Virus record (IMG/VR): IMGVR_UViG_3300008255_000285
Location: 1-34,946 of that record
Reading direction: 5' to 3' (one strand)
DNA from: a virus
Taxonomy: Duplodnaviria > Caudoviricetes
DNA length: 34,946 nt
This document shows, in pieces, positions 27,101 to 34,624 of this stretch. Position numbers and translations under genes: made by a program. Each line of letters opens with the position of its first letter. Position 1 is the first letter of the stretch. The notes under the pieces are model-generated. The model did not search any database and was not told where the DNA came from. It was given only the letters and a program-made list of their open reading frames with translations.

Positions 27101-27569
27101 TCTTGCCTCCACAATTTTGACATTCCACACAAATGCTTCGCCCATTGGGCAGTTCCTTTTCTCCGCCACAAACGGGCAGGTAGCGTTTACACGCCTCACA
27201 AACATACCGCCAACCGTAGTGGACCGCGCCTGTGCATATTTGACAATCGCATCCTTTGTAATGGGGGTCCCCGTGCGGGCTTCCTGTTGGGATTTCATTA
27301 GTCGTGCGAGAAGGTTCCATCGACACGCGTCCTTGGCCGCGCATCGTGTTCCACGCAATCATCATGGCAAAGTTAGCCACGTCTGCCGCTTCAAGCATGA
27401 TGTTAAACCAACCCTCTTTATCGGTAATGGCATTCTTGAGTTCTTGTACTTCGCGGTCTAGAAGTTCAAATAATCGTTCTATACTTGTTTCTTCCCAACC
27501 GCCTTTGTGGTCGTTAAGCTTAAGCTTATGTTCCATTACGTCTGCAAATGTGCTTAGTTCGTGTCGCAT
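27093..27569 (-). CDS. mazZ: MazG-like nucleotide pyrophosphohydrolase (MazZ-like) with a C-terminal Cys-rich domain
   Basis: EVQEL...EAADVANF (ExxE..ExxD) motif; inside the purZ cluster. Confidence 0.7.
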   Translation of the reverse strand: MRHELSTFADVMEHKLKLNDHKGGWEETSIERLFELLDREVQELKNAITDKEGWFNIMLEAADVANFAMMIAWNTMRGQGRVSMEPSRTTNEIPTGSPHGDPHYKGCDCQICTGAVHYGWRYVCEACKRYLPVCGGEKELPNGRSICVECQNCGGKNV

Positions 27570-27778
27570 TGTTTATACACCTTTCCGTATCCTATCAATC
27601 CTGTGTATTGGTCATTAGGCCCGCGTCCAAAGACTTCGGTCCCGTTCCTTTCTTCATAGTCTACCCTGTACGCAGGGTCGTCCATAAAAGACAAGAGTTT
27701 TTCAAACGCGGGTAAAAATTGCTTACACCCGCAAATGATTTTGGTCTCATAGACCATCTTTTCATTAGAATGGGACAC
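27554..27778 (-). CDS. Hypothetical protein (74 aa) inside the Z cluster
   Basis: Overlaps the purZ stop and the mazZ start; fills the gap between them. Confidence 0.55.
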   Translation of the reverse strand: MSHSNEKMVYETKIICGCKQFLPAFEKLLSFMDDPAYRVDYEERNGTEVFGRGPNDQYTGLIGYGKVYKQCDTN

Positions 27779-28862
27779 CAGTAACTTCCTGTCTCATTTT
27801 GCTTTCTTCTGGGGACACGTCCTTCACCGTAGGCCCCCACGAAAACAAATATTCGGGCCTAATGCCGACTTTATCCTCTATATAGGCCATTTTTTTAAGG
27901 TGCGTGTTGACCTCCTCGGGGGTGCGGTAGTAATTCATAAAATTCATGAACACGCCATCGGGACGAAGTGTACGCAACATATTTTCGTATTGTTGATTAG
28001 ACCAAGTAGCCACGCGGCGGACGCGCTTGGTCACGGTGGTCCTTTCTTCGGGTAAACCGAGTTCGCCCCATGTGGTTTCGATACTGTCAGGCCAAAACGG
28101 ACCACTATCGCCTATTTGGTTCCCTTGGTCATCGTAAATGTGGCCCACTCGGATGGGGAACGTACGGAGAGAAACCATTACTTCCCCTAAAAAAGAAGGA
28201 TGTAGGCCCGCGTCATTTAAAGCCGAAGCCACTGTAATATCGCGTGACGTGCAATAAGGGTAGGCTAGTCCGTAGTTAAGGGACAAATCAAACCCTTGTG
28301 GCACTTCCATAATCCCGCGTTTAAGTTCCAATTCCGCCGCTAAATCCAGTGCCATAACAGTCATATCTGTTTTATGAACGCCATAGTAGTCTTTGGCTAG
28401 GACTACCCCCTTCTGTCTTGCGACTTTCGCGGCCAGAGAAGCCCCTACCCCCTTCTGGGTGGACCCTAACCCCGTGGCCCCCGAGTTAGCGGCCTTCTCT
28501 TGCGCCGCGTGTTCGGGAAGGAGTATAGCGGCGCGGGGGTGCACTATGACACGGGACGGGTGGACCCCGAAGGTGACTAATTCTTGCGCCAAAAGTTCGG
28601 GGTCGATAATCGCTCCCGCGCACAAATAAATAAGCGCGTCCTTGTTCATAACGCCCGTGATGGGTAGATGAAACGTGGTTCGTTTTCCCTTCCCGTCTGC
28701 AAGGTCGAACGTGTGCCCCGCGTTGGGGGCCGCATTAGAAACGCATATGTCGTACTGACGACGGTGGGCCAAATAAGCATTCAACGCCCCTTTGCCCGTG
28801 GACCCAAATTGCCCATCCATTGTAATGTGTAGTTTTCCGTATTCGCTAAGTAGGTTTGGCAT
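27765..28862 (-). CDS. purZ: PurZ, N6-succino-2-amino-dAMP synthetase (PurA paralogue); start MPNLL, 365 aa
   Basis: DGQFGSTGKG (Ser replaces the PurA catalytic Asp of GDEGKG), NAGHT, YPYCTSR, TTVTKRVRR, NFMNY in place of TKLD; AGATAGGAG SD. Confidence 0.92.
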   Translation of the reverse strand: MPNLLSEYGKLHITMDGQFGSTGKGALNAYLAHRRQYDICVSNAAPNAGHTFDLADGKGKRTTFHLPITGVMNKDALIYLCAGAIIDPELLAQELVTFGVHPSRVIVHPRAAILLPEHAAQEKAANSGATGLGSTQKGVGASLAAKVARQKGVVLAKDYYGVHKTDMTVMALDLAAELELKRGIMEVPQGFDLSLNYGLAYPYCTSRDITVASALNDAGLHPSFLGEVMVSLRTFPIRVGHIYDDQGNQIGDSGPFWPDSIETTWGELGLPEERTTVTKRVRRVATWSNQQYENMLRTLRPDGVFMNFMNYYRTPEEVNTHLKKMAYIEDKVGIRPEYLFSWGPTVKDVSPEESKMRQEVTGVPF

Positions 28863-28872
28863 GTTTAATCTC

Positions 28873-29226
28873 CTATCTGTCAATACCTGCGCCAAGGTCT
28901 TTGGCAATTGAACTATAACCATTAACATCGTCATAGTTGTCGGGGTGGTACGTTCCTGTGGCAATACGCGCCACTTTGTGCAGTACCATTTCCATCGCAT
29001 CGTCATGTGCTTCAATTTGCTTGAAGTCCCAATGGGGGTTTTCCATCATGGCGGTGCGGCGGGCCTCACGATAGAGGCGTTTAAATGCGGCGGTTAACCG
29101 CAAATTTCTATTCGCCTTGCCGTATACGCTCCCTCTCTGATTGAGCAATGACTGCGTTGGCGATAGCGTTGAGGTCGATTGGGTCCCCAATTCCTCTGGC
29201 TTGGACAAGTTGGTCGTCTCTGACAT
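28873..29226 (-). CDS. DUF6378-like small helical protein associated with nucleotide-modification clusters
   Basis: L.QRG..YG....N ... M...KVARI..G..H.D.Y.D..GY motif. Confidence 0.65.
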   Translation of the reverse strand: MSETTNLSKPEELGTQSTSTLSPTQSLLNQRGSVYGKANRNLRLTAAFKRLYREARRTAMMENPHWDFKQIEAHDDAMEMVLHKVARIATGTYHPDNYDDVNGYSSIAKDLGAGIDR

Positions 29227-29530
29227 GGGTATCCTCCGTTCCTATTACGTAAATGTAGTCAGTGTTTTCGATTTTACAGCACACTACACACGCCGCGCTT
29301 CCTCCAGCTTGGATTTCGCGTTTCGCTTCGTGTCGTTGTCTTTGTGTTAACCCTACTTCGGTCCCTTTGGTGGGAATAGTTTTAAGTTCCCACCACATCG
29401 CGCCGTGCATCACGGTGCGGACGTACAAATCTAAACTAATGTGGCCCATGGCCGAAGCCACTTTTTTACACCGCCATTTAAGTTCTTTAGCACGGTCTCT
29501 AATTCGATTTTTAAAGGTAGCTTCTTTCAT
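29108..29530 (-). CDS. VRR-NUC / PD-(D/E)xK nuclease (resolvase-like)
   Basis: M.E..F, LDL, WELK and LT..Q..E motifs; downstream of the polymerase. Confidence 0.7.
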   Translation of the reverse strand: MKEATFKNRIRDRAKELKWRCKKVASAMGHISLDLYVRTVMHGAMWWELKTIPTKGTEVGLTQRQRHEAKREIQAGGSAACVVCCKIENTDYIYVIGTEDTHVRDDQLVQARGIGDPIDLNAIANAVIAQSERERIRQGE

Positions 29531-29669
29531 CTAGGTCCTCCTCTGTTTGTGTTTCTAACGCCCTACCTCCACACGCCTCGCATCGCAACCGAATAGGGAT
29601 GCCCGTGTTTACAATCCCCGTCATGGGAACTTTACATTTGTCGCATTTAACGAATAGGTTTTTATTCAT
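29511..29669 (-). CDS. Small zinc-ribbon protein (52 aa)
   Basis: CDKC...CEACG; GGAG SD; overlaps the polymerase stop. Confidence 0.6.
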   Translation of the reverse strand: MNKNLFVKCDKCKVPMTGIVNTGIPIRLRCEACGGRALETQTEEDLDERSYL

Positions 29670-31446
29670 ACTTGCTCCAATCCTGTTTAGGGAAGGACGC
29701 ATGGCCCCAACTTTCCCCGACGTTGCCCTCCACTGTCATGGGGACGTAAAGCTTAGGAAACATACTAAAATCCTCCATAATCTCTATTGCGCGTTGGTTC
29801 CAATCCATGTGTTCAGGCGGGATAGACCAATCAAGAGCATCGTGGACTTGTAATTGTAAGCCTAACACACCGCCCGACACTTCGTCCAGATATTTGTCAA
29901 CCTCTACCATTTTAATTTTAGTCAAATCGGCGCATGTCCCTTGGATTACACGGCTGGACCCTTGATATCCCTTCCCTCGGTCCTCGAAACGCGCCCTGCG
30001 GCCAAGAATAGTTTTAATATAGCCCCTAGACCTAACCCCCGATTGGCATTTACGTAGGAAAATCATAGTTTCGGGGATACGAGAATGGTAAATGTTAAGG
30101 TATTCATTGGCTTCTTTCACAGAACAACCGAATTTGGTACTAAAAGTTTTGGCCCCCATCCAGTTTAGCATCGCCATGTTCAGGCGTTTGGCGGTGGGGT
30201 CACGTTCGCAATTCAACATCTGGGCAACCACCGAGTGGATATCCTCTCCGCGTTGGTATCCTTTAATCAGAGAAGGACAGTGTGCGTATGCCGCGAAAAC
30301 TCGGTATTCCTGTTGGCTGTAATCATTCGTGGACCAAAGACAACCTTCGTCTGGGACAAAAATAGTGCGTAAAATAGGGGCCAACCACTTATCCCGCTTC
30401 GGTACTTGTTGCATGTTTGGCCCGTTGGAAGAAAGACGGCCCGTAATCGTGCCGTACTCGTCATTGCGCAATTGATTGAAATTGGTGTGCACCCGCCCGT
30501 TAAATAAATTATTCTCAATCGCCCCTTCGATGAAGGTATGCAGTAGGTTTTCCAACTTACGGACTTTGATGATGTTTGCGCCTAACTCGCCGCCCTCGGC
30601 CTCCAGCCATTCGGCTGTGAAAGAGGGGTTGCCCTTCGGGGTGACGGGGTAATCGGTTATCCCGCTGTCTAACATGACCTTCTTGACCGAAGGGGCGGAC
30701 AACACGTTCATTCCCTCGGGAAGCGTGACACGCGCCATTTCAATCTGTTTCAACGTCCACGCCTTAACATAAGCCAAACGCTCCTCGTCAATCCGAACCC
30801 CGCGCCGTTCCATGCGGAATAGGACAGGCAACACTTGGCACTCGGTGTGCCACACGCGGCGCAAATCATCTGCGTCTAGTCGGTCCTGTTGTTTTTTCCA
30901 CAAATAATACGTTGCATCACCGTCCCCACAGGCATAGTCAACCGCGATAGGGTCGTCAGCCGACAACCTCCAAAAGTTAGCCATCTGCGCACGTTCAGGG
31001 TTTCCACCGAATTGTTTGGCCATGTGTTCGTACAGGGCTTCGCCTTTTTTAGCAGGGGTCCCGAAGAAGTAGCATTGGTTTTCCAGTGAGAACCCGCCCT
31101 TCATGTGTTCGTATATTAGTGTACCATTGGTTTGAGTGTCTTCGAACTCGGCGTTTGGAAAATAGATGCCATCATTTGCAAGGAAATGCAGGTCGAACTT
31201 GAGATTGTGGCCAATAAGCTTAATCGGTAAATGAGACCATGACTTAATCCAAGATATAACCCGTTCTGGGTCGAGGTTAGGGCCTTTTTCATGGCGTATT
31301 GGATAATACGTTGTCTTCGGCTTGCCGTCATCCTCGACTGTAACAACGAAGCCACAAGTTCGGCACTCTTGCCATGATAGCCCTGTCGTTTCAGTATCGA
31401 GAACAACCGCGTCTCCCGCTGTGATTGTGGGGAAAGTAACATCCAT
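29662..31446 (-). CDS. dpoZ: Family A DNA polymerase with 3'-5' exonuclease, DpoZ candidate
   Basis: Exo DTET, HNLKFD, YA..D; TGRLSS..PNMQQ; motif A DYSQQEYR; divergent motif B; motif C VHD; linked to purZ. The dpoZ symbol is inferred from context. Confidence 0.85.
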   Translation of the reverse strand: MDVTFPTITAGDAVVLDTETTGLSWQECRTCGFVVTVEDDGKPKTTYYPIRHEKGPNLDPERVISWIKSWSHLPIKLIGHNLKFDLHFLANDGIYFPNAEFEDTQTNGTLIYEHMKGGFSLENQCYFFGTPAKKGEALYEHMAKQFGGNPERAQMANFWRLSADDPIAVDYACGDGDATYYLWKKQQDRLDADDLRRVWHTECQVLPVLFRMERRGVRIDEERLAYVKAWTLKQIEMARVTLPEGMNVLSAPSVKKVMLDSGITDYPVTPKGNPSFTAEWLEAEGGELGANIIKVRKLENLLHTFIEGAIENNLFNGRVHTNFNQLRNDEYGTITGRLSSNGPNMQQVPKRDKWLAPILRTIFVPDEGCLWSTNDYSQQEYRVFAAYAHCPSLIKGYQRGEDIHSVVAQMLNCERDPTAKRLNMAMLNWMGAKTFSTKFGCSVKEANEYLNIYHSRIPETMIFLRKCQSGVRSRGYIKTILGRRARFEDRGKGYQGSSRVIQGTCADLTKIKMVEVDKYLDEVSGGVLGLQLQVHDALDWSIPPEHMDWNQRAIEIMEDFSMFPKLYVPMTVEGNVGESWGHASFPKQDWSKYE

Positions 31447-31451
31447 GGCTC

Positions 31452-31673
31452 CTATTCTCCGTATATCTTATCAACGATTTTACGTAAAACGCCAGCCTGT
31501 TTGTCAGAAAGAAACATGCCCTCTCCGTACTGTTCGTATTTCTCATTAATTCCAGTCATGAACGTACGTTCAAAGTCATTAAGCTTGGGGTGGTCAACAT
31601 GAAATTGGTCTAGCGCGTCAATAACCAAATCTAAATTGGCCTTGTTATCCGACAGCTTCTCACGGTTATTCAT
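31452..31673 (-). CDS. Hypothetical protein (73 aa)
   Basis: AAGGAG SD; FE.TF...LSDKQ..VL..I pattern. Confidence 0.7.
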   Translation of the reverse strand: MNNREKLSDNKANLDLVIDALDQFHVDHPKLNDFERTFMTGINEKYEQYGEGMFLSDKQAGVLRKIVDKIYGE

Positions 31674-31810
31674 TTCTTTGTTCTCCTTAATATGTTAGGG
31701 GTGAGGAGGGCCTAATATAGCGGAGCATGCAGTCGAGGCCCTCCTCTGTGAACGGGATGGGGACGGAGCAGGTATGCCTAGTACCATAACACCCCCGAAC
31801 CCGAACTCGA

Positions 31811-32683
31811 TTACATTTCGATGTCTTTTTCGTCTTGCTTGAAATCTTTGTCGCCGCCAGTTGTGCCTTCATCTTCAAGGTTTTCGATGTCTTTAATACG
31901 AACGCCGTCTTCTTTGAAGTGTTGATACATGGCCCGCATCTGTTCAAACAAGGTTTCATCCGTGAGATAACCTACGCGGTCGAACTGGTAATTGAAGAAA
32001 TCACCTTGGCCCGTGTCATCTTTAATGGACGACAAGTTGTAGATTTGACCGTAGGATGGAGCCTGTGCCAACTTGAGTTTACCCATCAGTTTCTTGGCCA
32101 CGCCTACCGCGCCACGTTGCAAGGTAACCACAGCAGGTGACAAGTGTGGGAAGTCAAGCAAGTAGACCACCATGTTGTACATTTTGGTAGCCGCAGGTTG
32201 TGAATTGGCGTTGTCAGGGTCGTAACTACCCCACTCGGCTAGGCCACTTTCAGCTACGGTTGGTTTGGTTTCCCAAACTACCGAACGGTCGGACCCTTTA
32301 TCGGGCTTGACAGTGAATTTAGCCTTGGGCGGGTTCCAGTGAACGCCGTCATCCGCACGGGCCAAAATACCACCACCTTCGTGGCGTGGTCTCCACAGAA
32401 TGTAACGAATGTCCGTGTAAATGGGGATAACGCGAACTTGTTTGCCCAACGCTTCTTCTAGGACAGAGTGATAAAACACTCCTGGTTTCTCGTCACCATC
32501 CGTCACTTCGGGGGATAGGGCCTGTAGTAACTGGAGGCGGGGGATTTCAACATCGCCTGACCCAACGTTCTCGGTTCCTTCATGTGAGTGCTTGCGCATC
32601 CATTCAGGGGTTTGTTCAGCAATTGCCACTTCACCATTGGTGGTTTCGACTTCTGCTACTTCATTTTTCTTTTTGGTTGCCAT
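31811..32683 (-). CDS. Putative ssDNA-binding/annealing replication protein
   Basis: IPRL.LLQ.LSPEV N-terminal motif, aromatic-rich beta core, acidic C-terminal tail; upstream of the polymerase; AGATAGGAG SD. Confidence 0.6.
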   Translation of the reverse strand: MATKKKNEVAEVETTNGEVAIAEQTPEWMRKHSHEGTENVGSGDVEIPRLQLLQALSPEVTDGDEKPGVFYHSVLEEALGKQVRVIPIYTDIRYILWRPRHEGGGILARADDGVHWNPPKAKFTVKPDKGSDRSVVWETKPTVAESGLAEWGSYDPDNANSQPAATKMYNMVVYLLDFPHLSPAVVTLQRGAVGVAKKLMGKLKLAQAPSYGQIYNLSSIKDDTGQGDFFNYQFDRVGYLTDETLFEQMRAMYQHFKEDGVRIKDIENLEDEGTTGGDKDFKQDEKDIEM

Positions 32684-32698
32684 TGTAGTTCTCCTATC

Positions 32699-32815
32699 TT
32701 AGACAAGGGTTAGAATGATGCAAAGCATAATAAAGGCGTAACCCGCCAACAGGTCGGCTTTGCCTTGCGACCCGTATACTGTACCAGCCGCACCCGACCA
32801 GTTGTACTTATTCAT
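32699..32815 (-). CDS. Small membrane peptide (38 aa), not in the ORF track
   Basis: AGATAGGAGG SD at 32821-32830; MNKYNWSGAAGTVYGSQGKADLLAGYAFIMLCIILTLV*. Confidence 0.55.
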   Translation of the reverse strand: MNKYNWSGAAGTVYGSQGKADLLAGYAFIMLCIILTLV

Positions 32816-32996
32816 TGTTTCCTCCTATCTCGTAAACTCGGATTGAACGGGGACCAGTAAACGAAGCCAAAGCCTGGTTCGTCATCACATTCCACACTCG
32901 GGCAACGTAGCCCTCATGGTAAAAACGCACTGGCCCAGTGAATTCGTGCTTTTCGCCCGAACTGTCAATTACGACAATTTTCTGTTCGTTACTCAT
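32808..32996 (-). CDS. Hypothetical protein (62 aa)
   Basis: ATGA overlap with the upstream gene. Confidence 0.6.
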   Translation of the reverse strand: MSNEQKIVVIDSSGEKHEFTGPVRFYHEGYVARVWNVMTNQALASFTGPRSIRVYEIGGNNE

Positions 32997-33550
32997 GACT
33001 TACGGCTCCCCATGGTTGGTTGGATGTAGACGTTAAACAGGCTATCTGGCATGTCAAAAATATCTCCATTCTTGCCCGCGCCGATAATCCGCTCTTCGCC
33101 CGTTTCGGGGTCCCGCTCTTTCGTAGGGGACATAATGCCACGCGCCACACTAGCGAGGGACGAAGCATTAACCGTCTCTTGGATAAGGTCAGGCCACCCG
33201 TTGTCACGCAACCACTGATACGCGTCATCTTTTGCGTCCTTGTTGATGGAAGCGCGAACGTTCTCGGATTTATAAACGGTCATGCCGTCCACTTTCATCG
33301 AGGTTACGCCTTCGGCTTCGTACGCCTCGGGCAAGGCGACCCCCTTCACGTATTCGAGTTGTTCGGTTATCGGCTTAATCAGCGCGTCCAATTCTTCCTT
33401 CATACGTTTAAGGTTAAGAAACGTGCGGGCCAAAGAAGTGGCCCCTTCGGACTTGGCCCTATTAACCGCACCAATTAAGGCGCGGTCAGTGACGGGGCTT
33501 CCATCTTGTAGCACGATGTTAGGGTTGATTGTCCATGTGTCGTCAATCAT
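32993..33550 (-). CDS. Phage replication-region protein (coiled coil plus WLR..G..DLI..TVN..SL segment)
   Basis: Motif pattern and position upstream of the SSB-like gene. Confidence 0.7.
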   Translation of the reverse strand: MIDDTWTINPNIVLQDGSPVTDRALIGAVNRAKSEGATSLARTFLNLKRMKEELDALIKPITEQLEYVKGVALPEAYEAEGVTSMKVDGMTVYKSENVRASINKDAKDDAYQWLRDNGWPDLIQETVNASSLASVARGIMSPTKERDPETGEERIIGAGKNGDIFDMPDSLFNVYIQPTMGSRKS

Positions 33551-33600
33551 GTTAATGCGCCCCCTCTACTAAGGATTTTTTTAATGCTAACTTCACTCAT
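33547..33600 (-). CDS. 17-aa mini-ORF translationally coupled to the next gene
   Basis: AGATAGGAG SD at ~33609-33617; MSEVSIKKILSRGGALT*; ATGA overlap at 33547-33550. Confidence 0.4.
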   Translation of the reverse strand: MSEVSIKKILSRGGALT

Positions 33601-33627
33601 TGTTTTTTCTCCTATCTATGAGTTGGG

Positions 33628-33954
33628 TTAAATGGTGACTACATAGTAGCCTTTGCTTTCGGTATCGTACTTAAGCAACTGTATCTCTTGGTAGAGTTTC
33701 GTTCCAGCAAGTATGCCTACCATTACAAGCGCAACGGGGTCCCCTGCAAGGAGCAGGTAGTCCGTAAGCGGATTGTATTTGCGGTTCGCCAAGATTGTGT
33801 TCATCTCGGCTACCATTGTGAGGATTTCATTTTCGTCTGTGTCGGGGTACACCGTGTTACGCGTTAAAGTAACAAGGTCACCGAAGCGTTGTGCTTTTTT
33901 GAAATTCAACGACCCGTTGTCGTTTACAATAAAAACTCGTGGTTTATTTGCCAT
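33628..33954 (-). CDS. Hypothetical alpha/beta protein (108 aa)
   Basis: AGATAGGAG SD with its own promoter; RVFIV..A.RFG..DYLLLAGDP..LLKYD. Confidence 0.75.
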   Translation of the reverse strand: MANKPRVFIVNDNGSLNFKKAQRFGDLVTLTRNTVYPDTDENEILTMVAEMNTILANRKYNPLTDYLLLAGDPVALVMVGILAGTKLYQEIQLLKYDTESKGYYVVTI

Positions 33955-33982
33955 GGTGTCTCCTATCTAGTGGCGTATCATC

Positions 33983-34011
33983 ATAGTAGCATAGGGGGAG
34001 GGGCCTGTCTA
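33983..34011 (-). promoter_or_regulatory. Sigma70-type promoter for the replication/Z operon
   Basis: TAGACA-17 nt-TACTAT with TG extension; overlapped by the hairpin at 33992-34025. Confidence 0.65.
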
Positions 34012-34030
34012 GTACCCACCCCCTACTCGG

Positions 34031-34528
34031 TTATTCCGCGTCTTCTTCGTCCGCGTCCTCGTTCGCCGCTTCGGCGGCTTCAAGGGTCTTTTTATAGGCG
34101 TTTACCTCGGGCACACCAATTTTACCTGCTGTGTTTGGTTCGATGGCTGTAACGTCCAGACCTTCCGCCTCGATAATCTCTTTTGCCTTTGCTGTGCAGA
34201 TTGCAAAAAGGTCGTCAGGGTTCGCCGTGTCGCCAGTCTCATCATCGTCTTCGTTTTGTGCTTCATTTACAGCCTCCTCGGGTGTGATGGCAGACAATTT
34301 CGGGTCTACGTCCTTATCGGTCATGGTCACGTCAACCAATTTCTCAAACGCGTTGAAGCTTTGAATAGCGGTGACCGTGTTGCCGTTCATCAAGGTGATG
34401 AGCGCACCCCCTGCTTGCAGGGCGGTGATGTGCGCAATCGCGGCTAGGGCGATAATACGCTGTTTGTCCTTCGGGTCTTGGCCCTTGGAGTTGGTCACGC
34501 GTTCCGTGACGGAGATAAATTGTGTCAT
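34031..34528 (-). CDS. Acidic protein with C-terminal E3-binding (PSBD)-like domain
   Basis: GAAAGGA SD; CTAKAKEIIEAEGLDVTAIEPNTAGKIGVPEV. Confidence 0.6.
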   Translation of the reverse strand: MTQFISVTERVTNSKGQDPKDKQRIIALAAIAHITALQAGGALITLMNGNTVTAIQSFNAFEKLVDVTMTDKDVDPKLSAITPEEAVNEAQNEDDDETGDTANPDDLFAICTAKAKEIIEAEGLDVTAIEPNTAGKIGVPEVNAYKKTLEAAEAANEDADEEDAE

Positions 34529-34624
34529 GACAATATCCTTTCATGGTTGGTTAAAAATCGTACGACCCTAAAAGGGTAACACGATGGGCCAAAGAAGACA
34601 AGACGCGGCGCAAATTCGGTTTCA

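Noticed and set aside
27101-27358. Long N-terminal extension of the HD protein
   Set aside because: It overlaps mazZ; a GGAGG SD supports the start at 27100.
27765-28862. Ordinary purA auxiliary metabolic gene
   Set aside because: It lacks GDEGKG and TKLD, has GSTGKG and NFMNY instead, and sits next to datZ/mazZ-like genes.
28863-29015. N-terminal extension of purZ
   Set aside because: It overlaps the DUF6378-like gene; the SD and the P-loop position support the start at 28862.
33570-33590. Programmed -1 frameshift at the A7 run fusing the mini-ORF to the next gene
   Set aside because: The shifted frame hits TAG within three codons.
3586-34528. Numerous antisense and nested ORFs in the track
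   Set aside because: They are shadows of well-supported genes on the other strand or frame, with no motifs or SD.
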